A stretch of 64,000 bases of DNA from Planctomycetota bacterium (GCA_038227875.1 JBBRPR010000025.1:1-64000), one strand, 5' to 3'. Positions 22,381 to 34,133 are shown, numbered from the stretch's first letter. Translations and numbers: made by a program. Notes: a model not told the origin generated them from the letters alone.

Positions 22381-22998
22381 CTACTTCTTGCTTTTCTTGC
22401 GCTCGTTGAAATCGGCTTCCGGATCGGGGAGATCGGAGTTTCGCGTGGGCCTGTTCTTCTCAGCGTTGTCGTCTTTTTCCTTCTCGGGACCGGTGGGTCC
22501 GCCGGAGGGATTGATGACGCCGGTGTAGTACGTGATCGGTTCCTGTTCAGCGTCGGGCTGGTAATCGCGGTAGAGCAGTATGGCGATCTGGTACTGGCCC
22601 TTCGGGTATTCGTGGATCGGCAGCGCGTCCTTTCGCAGATCGAAGCGGTCGATCGCATTGCGGCTGGCGCGGCAGCTCCAGTAGAGTTTGCTCTCGGCGG
22701 AAAGTTTCACCGGCGTGGCGGAATCTCCCGCCTCATGGATCCACTCGTGGCCGGCCAGGATCCGGTTCATGAACAGTTGCGTGCCGGGCTTGGCGGGATC
22801 GGGTTCGGAAAGGATGCGCTGGTAGAGCGCCATCACTTCCATCGACGGACTGACGACGGAGTCGTCGTTCACCAGGACTGGTTCGGGCGCGCGCAGCAGG
22901 AAGGCGTAGGCCAGACCAAAGCAGCAGGCGGCGAGCAGGCCGATCACGAAGATGACTTCGAGCGCTCCGAATTTTCGTGGTGTCGTACTCGTCGCCAT
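22381..22998 (-). CDS. Hypothetical membrane-anchored protein
   Basis: N-terminal TM segment; GC3-biased codon usage. Confidence 0.7.
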   Translation of the reverse strand: MATSTTPRKFGALEVIFVIGLLAACCFGLAYAFLLRAPEPVLVNDDSVVSPSMEVMALYQRILSEPDPAKPGTQLFMNRILAGHEWIHEAGDSATPVKLSAESKLYWSCRASRNAIDRFDLRKDALPIHEYPKGQYQIAILLYRDYQPDAEQEPITYYTGVINPSGGPTGPEKEKDDNAEKNRPTRNSDLPDPEADFNERKKSKK

Positions 22999-23060
22999 GA
23001 GAACCGCAATCCACTATCCGTTTGAACGTAGTAGTTCGCGGAAGGGAAGTTCGGACATGC

Positions 23061-23822
23061 TTACGGAATCGCAAAGCGCTGCTGCTTGGCGTCCCACGCT
23101 CCCTTGGTCGCGTTGACTTTCAGCCACGCGGCGGCCAGATCGGGGCTCGACCAGCGCACGTACAGGACCGGCGTTCCGAACAGCGCTTCCTTGTGTGTCG
23201 CGATCTTCCGCGCGGGATCGCCCTTTTCGGGGGGCGGCAGGTCGGCGGGAATCTCTTCGTACGTGGCTGCCGCGCCGACATTCTTGAGCGCCGTCAGATC
23301 GGAGATCGCGCGCTGCGCAACTCTGCGCACTTCGATGGGTTGAGCGGGATCGAGCGCGCTGCGCAGCAGGTCGTAGTCGGACGCTTCCAGAGCTCCACTT
23401 TCGGCCAGAAACAGACTGCCGTGCGCGGCGATGATCTTGGAGCTGACGTTACCTTCGGTCATCGCTTTTCGGAAGACGCGCAGCGCCATCGCGGGGTTCG
23501 ACCCGCAGTAGGTGTAGTAGCGCGAGACGTCAGCGTCGTTGTTGTGAAACTGAACCAGTCCGAACATCTCGTTCAGGCCGTCGTTGATGACGACGGGTTT
23601 GCCATCGTTGTCCTTCTGGCTGAAGAGCTTCGTGTCGGCGCCCTGCATTCCGGAGTAGACGGACGCTTCATTGATCCCGGGGCGGAGCACCGCGATGATA
23701 ACGCCCAGCACAATCAGAACGGCGCAGACCAGCTGAACGGGCTTGGGGATCACGGCATTCAAGGTGATCGGCGCAGGCTGAATCAACTGTGCCGGCGCGG
23801 GTTCCGAAACGTCTTTGGACAT
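23061..23822 (-). CDS. Hypothetical single-TM protein
   Basis: LVCAVLIVLGVIIAVL TM helix; coding-like codon usage. Confidence 0.7.
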   Translation of the reverse strand: MSKDVSEPAPAQLIQPAPITLNAVIPKPVQLVCAVLIVLGVIIAVLRPGINEASVYSGMQGADTKLFSQKDNDGKPVVINDGLNEMFGLVQFHNNDADVSRYYTYCGSNPAMALRVFRKAMTEGNVSSKIIAAHGSLFLAESGALEASDYDLLRSALDPAQPIEVRRVAQRAISDLTALKNVGAAATYEEIPADLPPPEKGDPARKIATHKEALFGTPVLYVRWSSPDLAAAWLKVNATKGAWDAKQQRFAIP

Positions 23823-23906
23823 GAATTGAATACTCCATACAAAAGACTTCCCGTCGGACGCGACGAGAAGTGGAAAACGGAAGGGCGGATTTTGTCAGAT
23901 GCGGGC

Positions 23907-25136
23907 TTAGAAGTCAAAGCCGCGGCTGGGCTTTTTCTTCTCGGCTCCCGCGCCGCCGGCACCTCCAGCTCCGGCACCGCCGGGTGCGCGCGTCATTGTA
24001 GAGAGCACGTTGCCACCCTTGGCTGGCGTGGCGGCCTGCTGGTGCTGCAGCACTTCGTCGGCCGAGGTGCCGCGCTTGATTCCGCGGAACATCAGCTGCA
24101 AATCTTCCGGTGAAGAACTGGACGCCATCGCCTGTTCTTCGGTGATCACGCCCTTGCCCCAGAGCGCATAGAGCGCCTGGTTGAAGGTCTGCATCTTGTG
24201 ATGCGCGCCTTCCATGATCGCTTTTTCCAGATCGCGCGTCGAACCTTCTTCGATCAGTTGTTTGATGTACGACGTGTTGAGCATAATCTCGATGGCCGCG
24301 ATGCGTCCCTGGCCGTCGGCGCGCTTCACCAGCCGCTGACTGATGACGCCGCGGAGCACCAGCGCCAGTTGCATGCGGACCTGGTTGGCTTCCGGGCCTT
24401 CGAACGTGTCGAGGATACGATCGAGCGACTGCTTGGCGTCGTTGGTGTGCAGGGTCGAGAAGACCAAATGTCCCGTTTCCGCCGCGGTGATCGCGAAATG
24501 GATCGTCTCGGCGTCTCGCATTTCACCCATCAGGATCACGTCCGGGTCCTGGCGCAGTGCGGCGCGGAGGGCGCGGTGCAGTTCGTGCGTATCCAGACCC
24601 AGTTCGCGCTGGTTGATCGTGCTGAGTTCGTCGGTGTAGACGAATTCGATCGGGTCTTCGATGGTAACGACGTGATTCTGGTACTTCTGGTTGATGTACT
24701 GGATCATCGCGGCCAGCGTCGTCGATTTTCCGGAGCCGGTCGGTCCGGTGACGATGCATAGTCCGTTGGGATGGTCGCAGAGTTCCTTCAACGTGTCAGG
24801 CAGGCCCATCTTTTCGATCGTGGGCACTTCCAGCGGCACGAGTCGCATCACCGATCCGATCAGGCCGCGCTGGATGAACGCATTGACGCGGAAGCGCGCG
24901 TAGCCGGGAATTTCATACGAGAAGTCGGCTTCCATTTCCTGCAGAAACACGCGCATGCGTTCGGCGCCCATCAAGCGGGTCATCGACGCCTTCATGTCTT
25001 CGGCGGAGATTTCAGGATAGCTGGTCTGCGGGATGAGATCGCCGGCGACGCGGAAAAGCGGCGGCCGTCCGGTTTTGATGTGCAAGTCGGAGCCTTGATT
25101 CTGGCCCAGTTCAATGAGTAGCTGATCCAAATCCAT
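23907..25136 (-). CDS. pilT: PilT/PilU-family type IV pilus ATPase
   Basis: GSDLHI, RFRVNAF, Walker A GPTGSGKST, TIEDPIE, LRQDPDVILMGEMRD, TGHLVFSTLH. Confidence 0.9.
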   Translation of the reverse strand: MDLDQLLIELGQNQGSDLHIKTGRPPLFRVAGDLIPQTSYPEISAEDMKASMTRLMGAERMRVFLQEMEADFSYEIPGYARFRVNAFIQRGLIGSVMRLVPLEVPTIEKMGLPDTLKELCDHPNGLCIVTGPTGSGKSTTLAAMIQYINQKYQNHVVTIEDPIEFVYTDELSTINQRELGLDTHELHRALRAALRQDPDVILMGEMRDAETIHFAITAAETGHLVFSTLHTNDAKQSLDRILDTFEGPEANQVRMQLALVLRGVISQRLVKRADGQGRIAAIEIMLNTSYIKQLIEEGSTRDLEKAIMEGAHHKMQTFNQALYALWGKGVITEEQAMASSSSPEDLQLMFRGIKRGTSADEVLQHQQAATPAKGGNVLSTMTRAPGGAGAGGAGGAGAEKKKPSRGFDF

Positions 25137-25322
25137 GCGACGATTCCTCCCCGTTTTGCTGGGTGTGGCTGGCGTGGTTGACTAAGGAAACGGTATACGC
25201 TGCACAGTGTGTGGTCAATAGCTAAAGCCACGTACCGCAAGCATACAGCCTGCGTGATGTTGTTTGTTGCTGCGTCGTCTCGGCCGCGGTCACGCGTGCC
25301 CGCGGCCGAGACCAGCATTTCG

Positions 25323-26195
25323 CTACTTTCGGGTATTCAAGAAGTGTTTCGCGCGTTCAACGACTCGATCGAAAATATTCGGATTCTTACGGTCGTCGAA
25401 AAACGCATCCATGTTCAGCCAGACCGGGCCGGGCTCGAGCAGGATCTGCGAGTCCTTTACAATGGTCGCAGACAATCCTGCAGCGTACAGCCGATTCGCG
25501 CATTGACTGACAAAACTTTTGTACTCCCCGCTCACGTCACCAATAATCTTCACGGCTTCTGCGTTACCGATTCCTTTTAGTCTCTGCACGACAGACTCGC
25601 GGCAGCAGCCCTCGGTCGAATCATAAAGTTCGCGAAGTACTTTTACGTATTCCGATGAAAATAGGAATACCGCGAACCGCAATGCATCGGGGAATTGATC
25701 GTCCTTCTGCGACTTCGCGTACGCCATTAATTGTTTTGCAGCACGGATGTCTTCCTCGGTACGATCATTGGTACGAAAATCGGTCCATAGGTCTTCAAGT
25801 TCTTCAACTTCGTCGGCGCGCATGGGGCGGGCAAACGCTTCGAGAAACGACGAGGTTGTGCGAAAGACCAATTGAGGAGAGGCGTCGTGAAAAACGCGAA
25901 CGATGTAACCGTTCAATAATTCACCACAACAGACGCAGAATGGATTTGAATCGTTCTGCTCTGTCAGCGCAACGTAACCAAATTCGTCAGATTGAAAGGT
26001 AAACATTTGATCGAGCGCGACGAATTCAACACGGTACGACTCCAAAACCAAGCCATTCGAGATCGAATACAACTCTCTGACGTCCTTCGGGAACTTCAGT
26101 CTCAGTTTCAACTCAGCCGCAGTCAACTCTTGGTCTGTGGCGCCGGGACGCAGTGTCGCTCCAATCTTACGAAGCTTCTCGATGATGGTTTTCAT
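25323..26195 (-). CDS. SMI1/KNR4 (SUKH) family protein
   Basis: LRPGATDQELTAAELKLRLKFPKDVRELYSISNG N-terminal signature. Confidence 0.75.
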   Translation of the reverse strand: MKTIIEKLRKIGATLRPGATDQELTAAELKLRLKFPKDVRELYSISNGLVLESYRVEFVALDQMFTFQSDEFGYVALTEQNDSNPFCVCCGELLNGYIVRVFHDASPQLVFRTTSSFLEAFARPMRADEVEELEDLWTDFRTNDRTEEDIRAAKQLMAYAKSQKDDQFPDALRFAVFLFSSEYVKVLRELYDSTEGCCRESVVQRLKGIGNAEAVKIIGDVSGEYKSFVSQCANRLYAAGLSATIVKDSQILLEPGPVWLNMDAFFDDRKNPNIFDRVVERAKHFLNTRK

Positions 26196-26244
26196 CTGGG
26201 CTACTCTGGAGTAATTCAGGCTTTAACATAGTTACAGAAATACT

Positions 26245-26276
26245 GCCAATGGCCGCTCGGTCGAGCGGCCATTGGC
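26245..26276. terminator. Hairpin downstream of infB
   Basis: gccaatggccgctcg-gt-cgagcggccattggc. Confidence 0.65.
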
Positions 26277-26292
26277 GCGTTCGTAGTTTACT

Positions 26293-29200
26293 TTACTTCT
26301 TCTCTTCCAGCGTCCGCTTCACCTGCTCGGTCGTGTAGGCTTCGATGACGTCGCCCTGCTTGATGTCGTCGAACTGTTCGAGCTTGATACCGCACTCGAA
26401 ACCGTTGCGCACTTCCTTCGCGTCGTCTTTGACGCGCTTGAGGCTCGCCAGCTTGCCGCTCCACACCGGCTTGCCGTCGCGGACCAGCCGGATGTTCGAG
26501 TTGCGCTGCAGGAGTCCGTCGGTGACGAAACAGCCAGCGATCGTTCCGATCTTCGAGATCTTGAACGTCTGCCGCACCGTCGCGTGCCCCTGGATGACTT
26601 CCTGGTCGATCGGCTTGAGCATGCCTTCCAGCGCCTGCCGCACTTCATCCACGATCTGGTAGATGATGTTGTAGATGCGGATGTCGACGCCGCGTTCTTC
26701 GGCCAGACGCCGCGCGCCAGGATCGGCGGTGACGCTGAATCCGATCACGATGGCATCGGACGTATCGGCCAGCAGCACGTCGGTTTCGTTGATCGCGCCG
26801 ACGCCGTCGTGGATGATGTCGATGCGCGCGTCGTTGGTCGCCAGTTCCGCGACTGCATTGCGCAGCGGAGTGAGCGAACCTTGCACGTCGACTTTCAGCA
26901 CGAGCTTCAAGCTCGCCACCGCGCCCTGCGCCAGCATGTCGCTGAGCGTTTCCAGCGTGACGTGCGTGCGCTTGATCAGGCCTTCCTGGCGCATACGCAT
27001 GGCGCGCTGTTCGGCGATTTCCGCGGCGTGCTCGATCGAATCGAGCACGTGGAATCGTTCACCGGAGAGCGGGACGTCGTTCAGTCCCGTCACCAGCACC
27101 GGCGTTGAAGGCCCGGCCGTTTCCATCTGCTTGCCCGTGTCCGAGAAGATCTGACGGACGCTGCCGTACGCGTGTCCGCAGATGATCACGTCGCCTTCGT
27201 TGAGCGTGCCTTCCTGCACCAGCAGCGTACAGACAATGCCGCGGCCCTGGTCCTTGTGCGCTTCAACCACCGTGCCGACGGCCGGCTTGTTGGGGTTGGC
27301 TTTCAGTTCCAGCACTTCGGCTTCGAGCAGAATACGGTCGAGCAATTCGTCGACGCCCTTTCCGGTCTTGGCCGAGACTTCCACGCAGCCGACTTCGCCG
27401 CCGTAACCTTCGACGAACAGTTCCTTCGACGCGAGCTGGCCCTTGACCTTGTCGGGATTGGATTCGGGCAGATCGGACTTGTTCAACGCGACGACGATCT
27501 TCTTGCCGGCCTGCTTGGCGTGCGAGATCGCTTCTTCCGTCTGCGGCATGACGCCGTCGGTCGCGGCGACGACGAGAACCACGACGTCGGTGACGTTGGC
27601 ACCTCGGGCTCGCATTTCCGTGAACGCGCGATGTCCGGGCGTGTCGAGGAAGGCGATCTGGCCCTTGGTATGGTTGACCTTGTACGCGCCGATGTGCTGG
27701 GTGATGCCGCCGGCTTCGCCCGCGGCCACCTTGGCGTTGCGGATGTAGTCGAGCAGCGAGGTTTTACCGTGGTCGACGTGACCCATGATCGTGACGACCG
27801 GCGCTCGCGGCAGAACGTCGCCGGCGCTGTCCTTCACTTCGGCCTTCTTCAACATTTCTTCTTCGACGTCGCGGGCCTTCTTGATCACGATGCCGAACTT
27901 CAACGGATCGAATTCCAGCGCGTAGAGCATGGCGTCTTCTTCGGACAGGATGGAATTGAGCGTCACCATCTTGCCTTGTTCGAAGAATTTCTGGACGAGG
28001 ATGTTGGCTTTGATGCCCAGCGCTTCGCACAGTCCCTTGATCGAAACGGGCGCGGTGACGTCGGCCGGACCTTCGCGCTTGACGGTGGGTTTCGGAGCCG
28101 GCATGTGCCGCTTGTGCCGCCGTCCGCCTCGGAATCGGTCGTCGTCGCCGCGCAGCAGGGCCACGCCGCGGCGGGGTTGCTGACCGACGCCCTTCATTCC
28201 CGGTCCCATGCGTCCGCCACCCGGACCGCGCCGGACTCCGGCGCCGCCAAGGCCGCGTCCGCGGCGTTCTTCTTCTTCCGCGGAAGTCGAACCGGCCGGG
28301 ATGGCCGGGTAGGAGACCTGCGGTTTGAAATCGTCGGCCGGCTTGGCTTCCACCTGCACGGGCGTCTTGGGTTTGGACTGGCCCGGCGGCGGCTTGCTGG
28401 GTCCGTGAATCTTCTCGGCTTCGGCCGCATGCATCACCACGCCGAAGCGTGAGGGATCGGCCTTGACGTTGCGCTGAATCGGCGGCGCGACTTCCGGTCC
28501 GGTGAGCACGCGCTTGGGCGGCCCCTGCGGTGGAATCATCGGGCCGCGCGGAACGGCCGGCACGTTGGGCGTCTGATGCGTAGGCGTGGTCGTGGGCGAA
28601 GTTGCAGCCAGCGAAGCGCGCATGCCTGTCGACTGCGCGTGTCCATGAGCTGCCGCGGGCGTTGCGGCCGGAGCCGTGGGCGGTGCTGGCGGAGCCACCG
28701 GGGCGGGCACCGTAACGCCGTAGCGCGATGGAGCGGCAGGCACAGCCGGAGCTTCGGATTTCTCGACGGGCTTTTCCACTTCAACGGCAGGTGCCGCCGG
28801 TGTCGAGGCGGTGGCGACGGGCGCGGCTTCGGCGACGGGGGCTACCGGCGCGGCGACGACGGGCGCTGGAGCTTCGACGACGGGTTCGGGTTCATCGATG
28901 ACGGCCGCGGGCGCGGGTTCAACATGCACGGCCGGCTTGGACGAGAAGGTCTCCGGCAGCGTCTCGTCCATCTCTGGAGCGTCGGCGTGCACGGACTCTT
29001 CTTCCGCACCGTCCTCTTCGCCCTTCTTGCCTTTGCCGGCAGCGGGCTTCTTCTTGGTGGCGGCGCGGGTTTTGGTTTCTTCGAGGCCGGCCTTCAGCTT
29101 GGTGAGGCTGCCGAGCTTGGCGCGCAAGCGGTCGGCCTGGCCAGGCGTGAGGATGCTGGCGTGACTCTTCACCTTGATGCCCAACTCGGTGGCCTTTTCG

Positions 29201-29295
29201 ACCAACGCCTTGCTGGGAACACCCATCTCTTTGGCCAGCTCGTGAAGCTTGATTCCGGCTGGAATACTCGTTGCTTTTTCGACCTTGCTGCTCAT
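26293..29295 (-). CDS. infB: Translation initiation factor IF-2
   Basis: [38 protein letters not shown]; long Pro/Ala-rich N-terminus. Confidence 0.98.
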   Translation of the reverse strand: MSSKVEKATSIPAGIKLHELAKEMGVPSKALVEKATELGIKVKSHASILTPGQADRLRAKLGSLTKLKAGLEETKTRAATKKKPAAGKGKKGEEDGAEEESVHADAPEMDETLPETFSSKPAVHVEPAPAAVIDEPEPVVEAPAPVVAAPVAPVAEAAPVATASTPAAPAVEVEKPVEKSEAPAVPAAPSRYGVTVPAPVAPPAPPTAPAATPAAAHGHAQSTGMRASLAATSPTTTPTHQTPNVPAVPRGPMIPPQGPPKRVLTGPEVAPPIQRNVKADPSRFGVVMHAAEAEKIHGPSKPPPGQSKPKTPVQVEAKPADDFKPQVSYPAIPAGSTSAEEEERRGRGLGGAGVRRGPGGGRMGPGMKGVGQQPRRGVALLRGDDDRFRGGRRHKRHMPAPKPTVKREGPADVTAPVSIKGLCEALGIKANILVQKFFEQGKMVTLNSILSEEDAMLYALEFDPLKFGIVIKKARDVEEEMLKKAEVKDSAGDVLPRAPVVTIMGHVDHGKTSLLDYIRNAKVAAGEAGGITQHIGAYKVNHTKGQIAFLDTPGHRAFTEMRARGANVTDVVVLVVAATDGVMPQTEEAISHAKQAGKKIVVALNKSDLPESNPDKVKGQLASKELFVEGYGGEVGCVEVSAKTGKGVDELLDRILLEAEVLELKANPNKPAVGTVVEAHKDQGRGIVCTLLVQEGTLNEGDVIICGHAYGSVRQIFSDTGKQMETAGPSTPVLVTGLNDVPLSGERFHVLDSIEHAAEIAEQRAMRMRQEGLIKRTHVTLETLSDMLAQGAVASLKLVLKVDVQGSLTPLRNAVAELATNDARIDIIHDGVGAINETDVLLADTSDAIVIGFSVTADPGARRLAEERGVDIRIYNIIYQIVDEVRQALEGMLKPIDQEVIQGHATVRQTFKISKIGTIAGCFVTDGLLQRNSNIRLVRDGKPVWSGKLASLKRVKDDAKEVRNGFECGIKLEQFDDIKQGDVIEAYTTEQVKRTLEEKK

Positions 29296-29502
29296 CCAGT
29301 CCTTCGCCCCTGTGTCCTGCCTGCGGTCTGCCCGCCGGCATACAGGGCCGGAAGGCTGATTACGTTAGTCGTTCGTTGTTACGTTCCAATTTCGATACCG
29401 GTTCAGCCTTAAGCGCTGAACATCCTGAACCGGGAACCTGCACCGCAACCGTCTGCGTCCGGACCTGAATGAAAGGTCCGCCGACGCGACACGCCGCGGC
29501 GG

Positions 29503-30828
29503 TCACTGCGCGCCGCCCTTTCCATCTGCTGGCGCAGCCGACGCGCCCGCTGATGCTGTTTCCGGGGCCGGGGCTGCTTCGCCGCCGACCGTGACCACAC
29601 CTTCCGGCGAGGCGCTGGCCGCCGCCGCTCGTGCCTGCGCGGCCGTGGCCTGAGCCGCCGCCTGCGCTTCCGCGCGTTCGGTGCCCAGTTCTTCGTCGCG
29701 CTTCTTGCAGTACTCGATCACCGCCGCCGCGTCTTCGTCGGACAGGCTGTGCATCGTCTTGATGAACTCCGCGCCCTTGTAAACAATGGCGCGAAGACTG
29801 GTCAGGCCGCCCAGCAGGAACTTCTCCGCCATGCCCGCCGGCAGCATCGGGATCTTGTAGACTTCCGCGCGTTCGGCTTCGCGGACCTTGCGGGCCTGCT
29901 CTTCGGTCATGATGTCGATGTGCCAGTGCGTCAGCTTGGCCGTGAGGCGCACGTTCTGCCCCTTCTTGCCGATGGCCAGCGAGAGCTGGTCTTCGGGGAC
30001 GATCACGCGGGCGCGCTGTGTTTCGCGGTCGAGTTCGACGGCCGAGATTTCAGCCGGCGAGAGCGCGTTGCGGATGAACAAATCCTGCCCGTCGTTCCAG
30101 CGGACGATGTCGATCTTCTCGCCGTTGAGTTCCTCGACGATGTTGCGGATGCGCGTGCCGCGCACGCCGACGCAGGCGCCGATCGCGTCGACTTTCATGT
30201 CCGAAGAGTGGACTGCGATCTTCGTGCGGTGTCCAGGCTCGCGGACGATGCCCTTGATCTCCACGATGCGGTCGCCGATTTCGGGGACTTCGACCGTGAA
30301 GAGTTCCTTGACCAGGTTCGGGTGCGTGCGGGACAGAATGATCATGACCTTCTGTCCTTTCTTCTGCACCTTGACGACGTACGCGCGGATGCGGTCGCCG
30401 GGCCGGTACTGCTCGTTGAAGACCTGTTCCTGACGCGGCACCACGCCTTCGGTGCGGCCGAGGTTGACGACGATGGCGCCCTTGTCGAAGCGCTGGACAG
30501 TGCCGTTGACCAGCGTGTCGATCTTGGCTTCGTAATCCGAGTAGATCACGTCGCGTTCGGCTTCGCGGATCTTCTGGATCATGATCTGCTTGGCCGTCTG
30601 CGCGGGGATGCGGCCGAAGGAATTGGGATCCATGCGGCGGCCGTCTTCGTAGGCTTCGACATCGCCGGTCAAGCGGTTGATGCGCACGGTCAGTTCGCCG
30701 TGAGCGCCCCAGCGCTTGCGTGAAGCGGTGAGCAACGCCTGTTCGATGGCCTCAAACAGGAGCTCTTTACCAATACCCTTGTCGCGGTGGATCGAGTCCA
30801 CCAGGCGCAGCAAATCACTCGGTTCCAT
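29503..30828 (-). CDS. nusA: Transcription termination/antitermination factor NusA
   Basis: FGRIPAQTAKQ, S1 domain, GACVGVRGTRI, LAIGKKGQNVRL KH domains; upstream of infB. Confidence 0.97.
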   Translation of the reverse strand: MEPSDLLRLVDSIHRDKGIGKELLFEAIEQALLTASRKRWGAHGELTVRINRLTGDVEAYEDGRRMDPNSFGRIPAQTAKQIMIQKIREAERDVIYSDYEAKIDTLVNGTVQRFDKGAIVVNLGRTEGVVPRQEQVFNEQYRPGDRIRAYVVKVQKKGQKVMIILSRTHPNLVKELFTVEVPEIGDRIVEIKGIVREPGHRTKIAVHSSDMKVDAIGACVGVRGTRIRNIVEELNGEKIDIVRWNDGQDLFIRNALSPAEISAVELDRETQRARVIVPEDQLSLAIGKKGQNVRLTAKLTHWHIDIMTEEQARKVREAERAEVYKIPMLPAGMAEKFLLGGLTSLRAIVYKGAEFIKTMHSLSDEDAAAVIEYCKKRDEELGTERAEAQAAAQATAAQARAAAASASPEGVVTVGGEAAPAPETASAGASAAPADGKGGAQ

Positions 30829-31187
30829 CAGTTATGTCTCTCCCACGTCTATGAGTTGCGAGCCCCGTGCTGGCGGCGCAACGTTTTGTCACTATTCAAT
30901 TTTTGCCCGCCAACGTTACGACCCTCAGGCTGACTCTCGCGGCGAGCTCCAATGCGAAAGTGCCTGTCCTACTGCTGTGAAGCCGGCGAAGTATGCATGG
31001 ATCGAGCGGTACGGCAACATCCATACGCACGGACCAAACGGCAAATAAAAGTCTAGACGAAGGGCGAGGGGTGCGCAACACGAGATTGGGGCACGACGCG
31101 TCGCGCGCATTCTTTGGATGGTATTAGGGTATCCCATTCAGCCCGTCCCTTCTTATGCCGATACCTTAATAGACTGAGGGGGGCTTG

Positions 31188-31538
31188 ATGTATCAATCCA
31201 GTTGGACGATTTGCGCCGTACTGCTGATCACGACCGGGGCAGTTCACGCGGAATCGCAATTGGAACGGAACGTCACCGCGTCCGATGCCGCGCATCGCGC
31301 CGACAAGGAGTTGGACAAGGTCTACCTAACCCTGCTGCGAAAAGGGGACGCGCGCAGCACGCCGCAACTCGAACGTGGGCGCGAGCGTTGGCTTGAGTAC
31401 CGACTGAAGGCAAGCGCCCTCGAAGAAGCCGAGTACGAAGGGGGAAGCATCGCGCCGGAAATGTACTGGCGGTGTTACGAACGCCTGACGCGCGAGCGCA
31501 CGGCCCGGCTGATGATCCTGTTGAAAACGTACCGTTGA
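31188..31538 (+). CDS. LprI/DUF1311-like small secreted protein
   Basis: Signal peptide; ADKELDKVY...WLEYR...GGSIAP...C..RLTRER pattern. Confidence 0.7.
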   Translation: MYQSSWTICAVLLITTGAVHAESQLERNVTASDAAHRADKELDKVYLTLLRKGDARSTPQLERGRERWLEYRLKASALEEAEYEGGSIAPEMYWRCYERLTRERTARLMILLKTYR

Positions 31539-31584
31539 GGCGGCTGGCGCGAGCCTTCGCCGAGTCGAATCGCTGACGTAATGC

Positions 31585-33282
31585 TCAAGAGACTGTCGCC
31601 GAGTTGTGGCGACGATACTGGTTAACCAGTTTCCACAAGGTCGGACTGAGAAATTCAAAGCCGTGTTGCTGCAGTCTCACCACAGCAGCACTCTCATAGA
31701 TATTGAACACATCTATTCCATCCTGCAAACAGCGGTCGAAAAGTTCCACGGCGTCCCGCGCCCAATCCTCGTCCGTTGCGCTGTGCATGGATGGCGTCAT
31801 CATCATCGGAATGCCCGCAGCTCGGCATCGCGAGACTGCCTCACCATAGAATGACTCGCGAAACGTGAAGTTCACAAAGTTCGCGATGTCAAAGATGTGT
31901 TCGTCGCACCACTTTCTCCAATCGAAGTGAATTTCATGAAAGCAAAGTTCCTCGGCAGGCCTGTCGTACAGTTTAGACATTTGAAATGAGAGTTTCTTGC
32001 CCTTTGCATGCAGCATCGACCGCGTTTCGTCCAAAAGCATCTCGACATACGAGCCACGCAGGCGCCGCCACTTCGCGCGATCAAATGGCTGTGTACGGAT
32101 ATCCACGCCGTGACGGCGCAGGAACTCCTCGACGACAGGCGCTCCGAAACCATAATTCTCCCAATCCAGGGACTCCGTGTGCGTGGTCATGCGGATGTCA
32201 ACACCATCGCATCCGGCATCAACCGCACGCGAAGCCATGGCTGTCAACCATTGCCGCGCCTGGGGGTACGCCAGTTCGATCACGCCAGACAGATGCTTAT
32301 TCCGACCTCGCGCCAGGCCGAGAAAACTCTGCGGCCCGAGCTCGATGCGGTGCCGCCCGCCGGACTCCGTCATCGTCCAGCCGCGTCCGGGAATGGGCGT
32401 ATTAAACGCCGCGTCGAAAGCGATGCCGGCACTGCGCCAATCGGGAGCACGCTCTTGTGGCGTCCTGACCGGTCCCAATCCAAAGGTGAACGGCACACGC
32501 TCGCCGGCGGAATCCTCGATCTCAACCAGAGCGGCTAGCGTATTGGCGATGGGTTTCGGCCCCGAGTAGGTAACCGCAATAAAAGGTGCGCCGATGTTGA
32601 GGTCTGTGAATTCAAAACACGTGAATGCAGACTCTGCACCGAATGCCTTATCGGGTGCCGGAACGAAGACCGGCGGGCGGCGGTTATGCTCCTGACACGT
32701 GATCGCCAAGTGCATCGCGACGCTTTGATAATCACGATTGTTCTCCGAAATGAACAACTGGAATTCGCCGCCCTTCAGGTCGGCGCTCTCATGCCATAAG
32801 CGGATTTTTCGTATCGGTCGCCGTTCAGTCCTTTCCTGCAGAGTTGGATGTAATTCCGCGCGCATTTCAGGATGTTCGCGGATCCATCGGTGCGCCAATA
32901 CCCCTTCCCCTCCGACAAGCGGAAGTCCCACCGGCGGTTCGTGCCTGTAACCCGCCGGTCGTGTGCACCACGGCATGCCGCAACACAGGTCAAAACACTT
33001 CAGCACGCTGTAGACCTGCATGCCATGCCGGTGCGCTTCATCCGCGACCACGCGGAGCGGATCGGGCACCCGACGAATGAAATCCCACGCGGTCCCCAGT
33101 CGGTCGATGTACCCGTTCTTATCGTGGATGCCGTCGTCTATACCACCTTGGTCCAGCCAGTGAATGCCACGAATACCGCGTTCGGCGTAAGCGCCAATCA
33201 GCCCACGCAATTTCTCTTCATCCCATGCCTGCGACGCGAACCAGAGGTCGTCGTTAAAATCAATACTTACATGGACATCCAT
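31585..33282 (-). CDS. Hypothetical glycoside-hydrolase-like (GHL10-like TIM barrel) protein
   Basis: DPLRVVADEAHRHGM, GCDGVDI, GFGAPVVEEF, FDWRKW; AAGGAG SD before ATG 33282. Confidence 0.6.
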   Translation of the reverse strand: MDVHVSIDFNDDLWFASQAWDEEKLRGLIGAYAERGIRGIHWLDQGGIDDGIHDKNGYIDRLGTAWDFIRRVPDPLRVVADEAHRHGMQVYSVLKCFDLCCGMPWCTRPAGYRHEPPVGLPLVGGEGVLAHRWIREHPEMRAELHPTLQERTERRPIRKIRLWHESADLKGGEFQLFISENNRDYQSVAMHLAITCQEHNRRPPVFVPAPDKAFGAESAFTCFEFTDLNIGAPFIAVTYSGPKPIANTLAALVEIEDSAGERVPFTFGLGPVRTPQERAPDWRSAGIAFDAAFNTPIPGRGWTMTESGGRHRIELGPQSFLGLARGRNKHLSGVIELAYPQARQWLTAMASRAVDAGCDGVDIRMTTHTESLDWENYGFGAPVVEEFLRRHGVDIRTQPFDRAKWRRLRGSYVEMLLDETRSMLHAKGKKLSFQMSKLYDRPAEELCFHEIHFDWRKWCDEHIFDIANFVNFTFRESFYGEAVSRCRAAGIPMMMTPSMHSATDEDWARDAVELFDRCLQDGIDVFNIYESAAVVRLQQHGFEFLSPTLWKLVNQYRRHNSATVS

Positions 33283-33416
33283 CAGCCGCTCCTTCGCCGT
33301 TCGAAATGCAGGCGTCACCAGGCAGACTTTTTAGCACTAAAATCATTTCTCTGACATGTCAGTAGTATCCAACCTGCGGAGCCCTAAGTCAAGCCGGAAG
33401 TTTACTTCACCTCCAC

Positions 33417-34133
33417 TTATCGCAGGCCAACTACGTTTGCCACAAATTGATCTTTGGAAAGCAGCAGGTGTTTGAGCATGGCCTCCGCCGCGGCGTCGGG
33501 ATTCCCACTGCGCAGCGCCTCGACCACCTGGACGTGGCTCGGAATGTTTTCCGGGGGTGGCAACCGGCGCGGCGGAAAGGTTTGACTCATCAAAAATAGA
33601 TTTTCCAGTATCCCGTTTGCCTTCAGCAACTCCAATATCTTGAGATTCCCGCTGGCATTGGCGATGGTGTGATGAAACTCACGCTCAAGCGCGACGAGAT
33701 CCTCGTCACGAGACGCTGAATTTCCGAGTTCCAGCTCCTGTGCCGTCATACGTTCCGCACGATGATCCACACGCTTGGCAACCTTGGTAAGTTTCTCCAG
33801 TTCCAGCGAACTCAATCGCTTGCAGGCAAGTCGGGCAGCCATGCTTTCAAGCGCGGCGCGCAGATCCATCAACTCGCACCACTCCTGCAAGGTTACGCGC
33901 CGCACGAACGTTCCCGACCGCGCAATTCGTTCGAGCAGACCCGCTCGGGCCAGTTGGTCGAATGCCACTCGAACCGGCGCTCGCCCCATCTTCAAGCGTT
34001 TGGCCATCGCCACCTCGCCCAAGCGTTGACCGGCCTTCAATTCCTGTCGGCGAATCAAATCTACGATTTCGCGCGCACACTGCTGGCTCAAGGATGTTTC
34101 GGTAGTCATGGTAAACATCTTACGCCATCTCAC
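33417..34133 (-). CDS. GntR/FadR (FCD) transcriptional regulator
   Basis: wHTH MGRAPVR...GTFV; FHHTIANASGN FCD domain. Confidence 0.9.
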   Translation of the reverse strand: MRWRKMFTMTTETSLSQQCAREIVDLIRRQELKAGQRLGEVAMAKRLKMGRAPVRVAFDQLARAGLLERIARSGTFVRRVTLQEWCELMDLRAALESMAARLACKRLSSLELEKLTKVAKRVDHRAERMTAQELELGNSASRDEDLVALEREFHHTIANASGNLKILELLKANGILENLFLMSQTFPPRRLPPPENIPSHVQVVEALRSGNPDAAAEAMLKHLLLSKDQFVANVVGLR

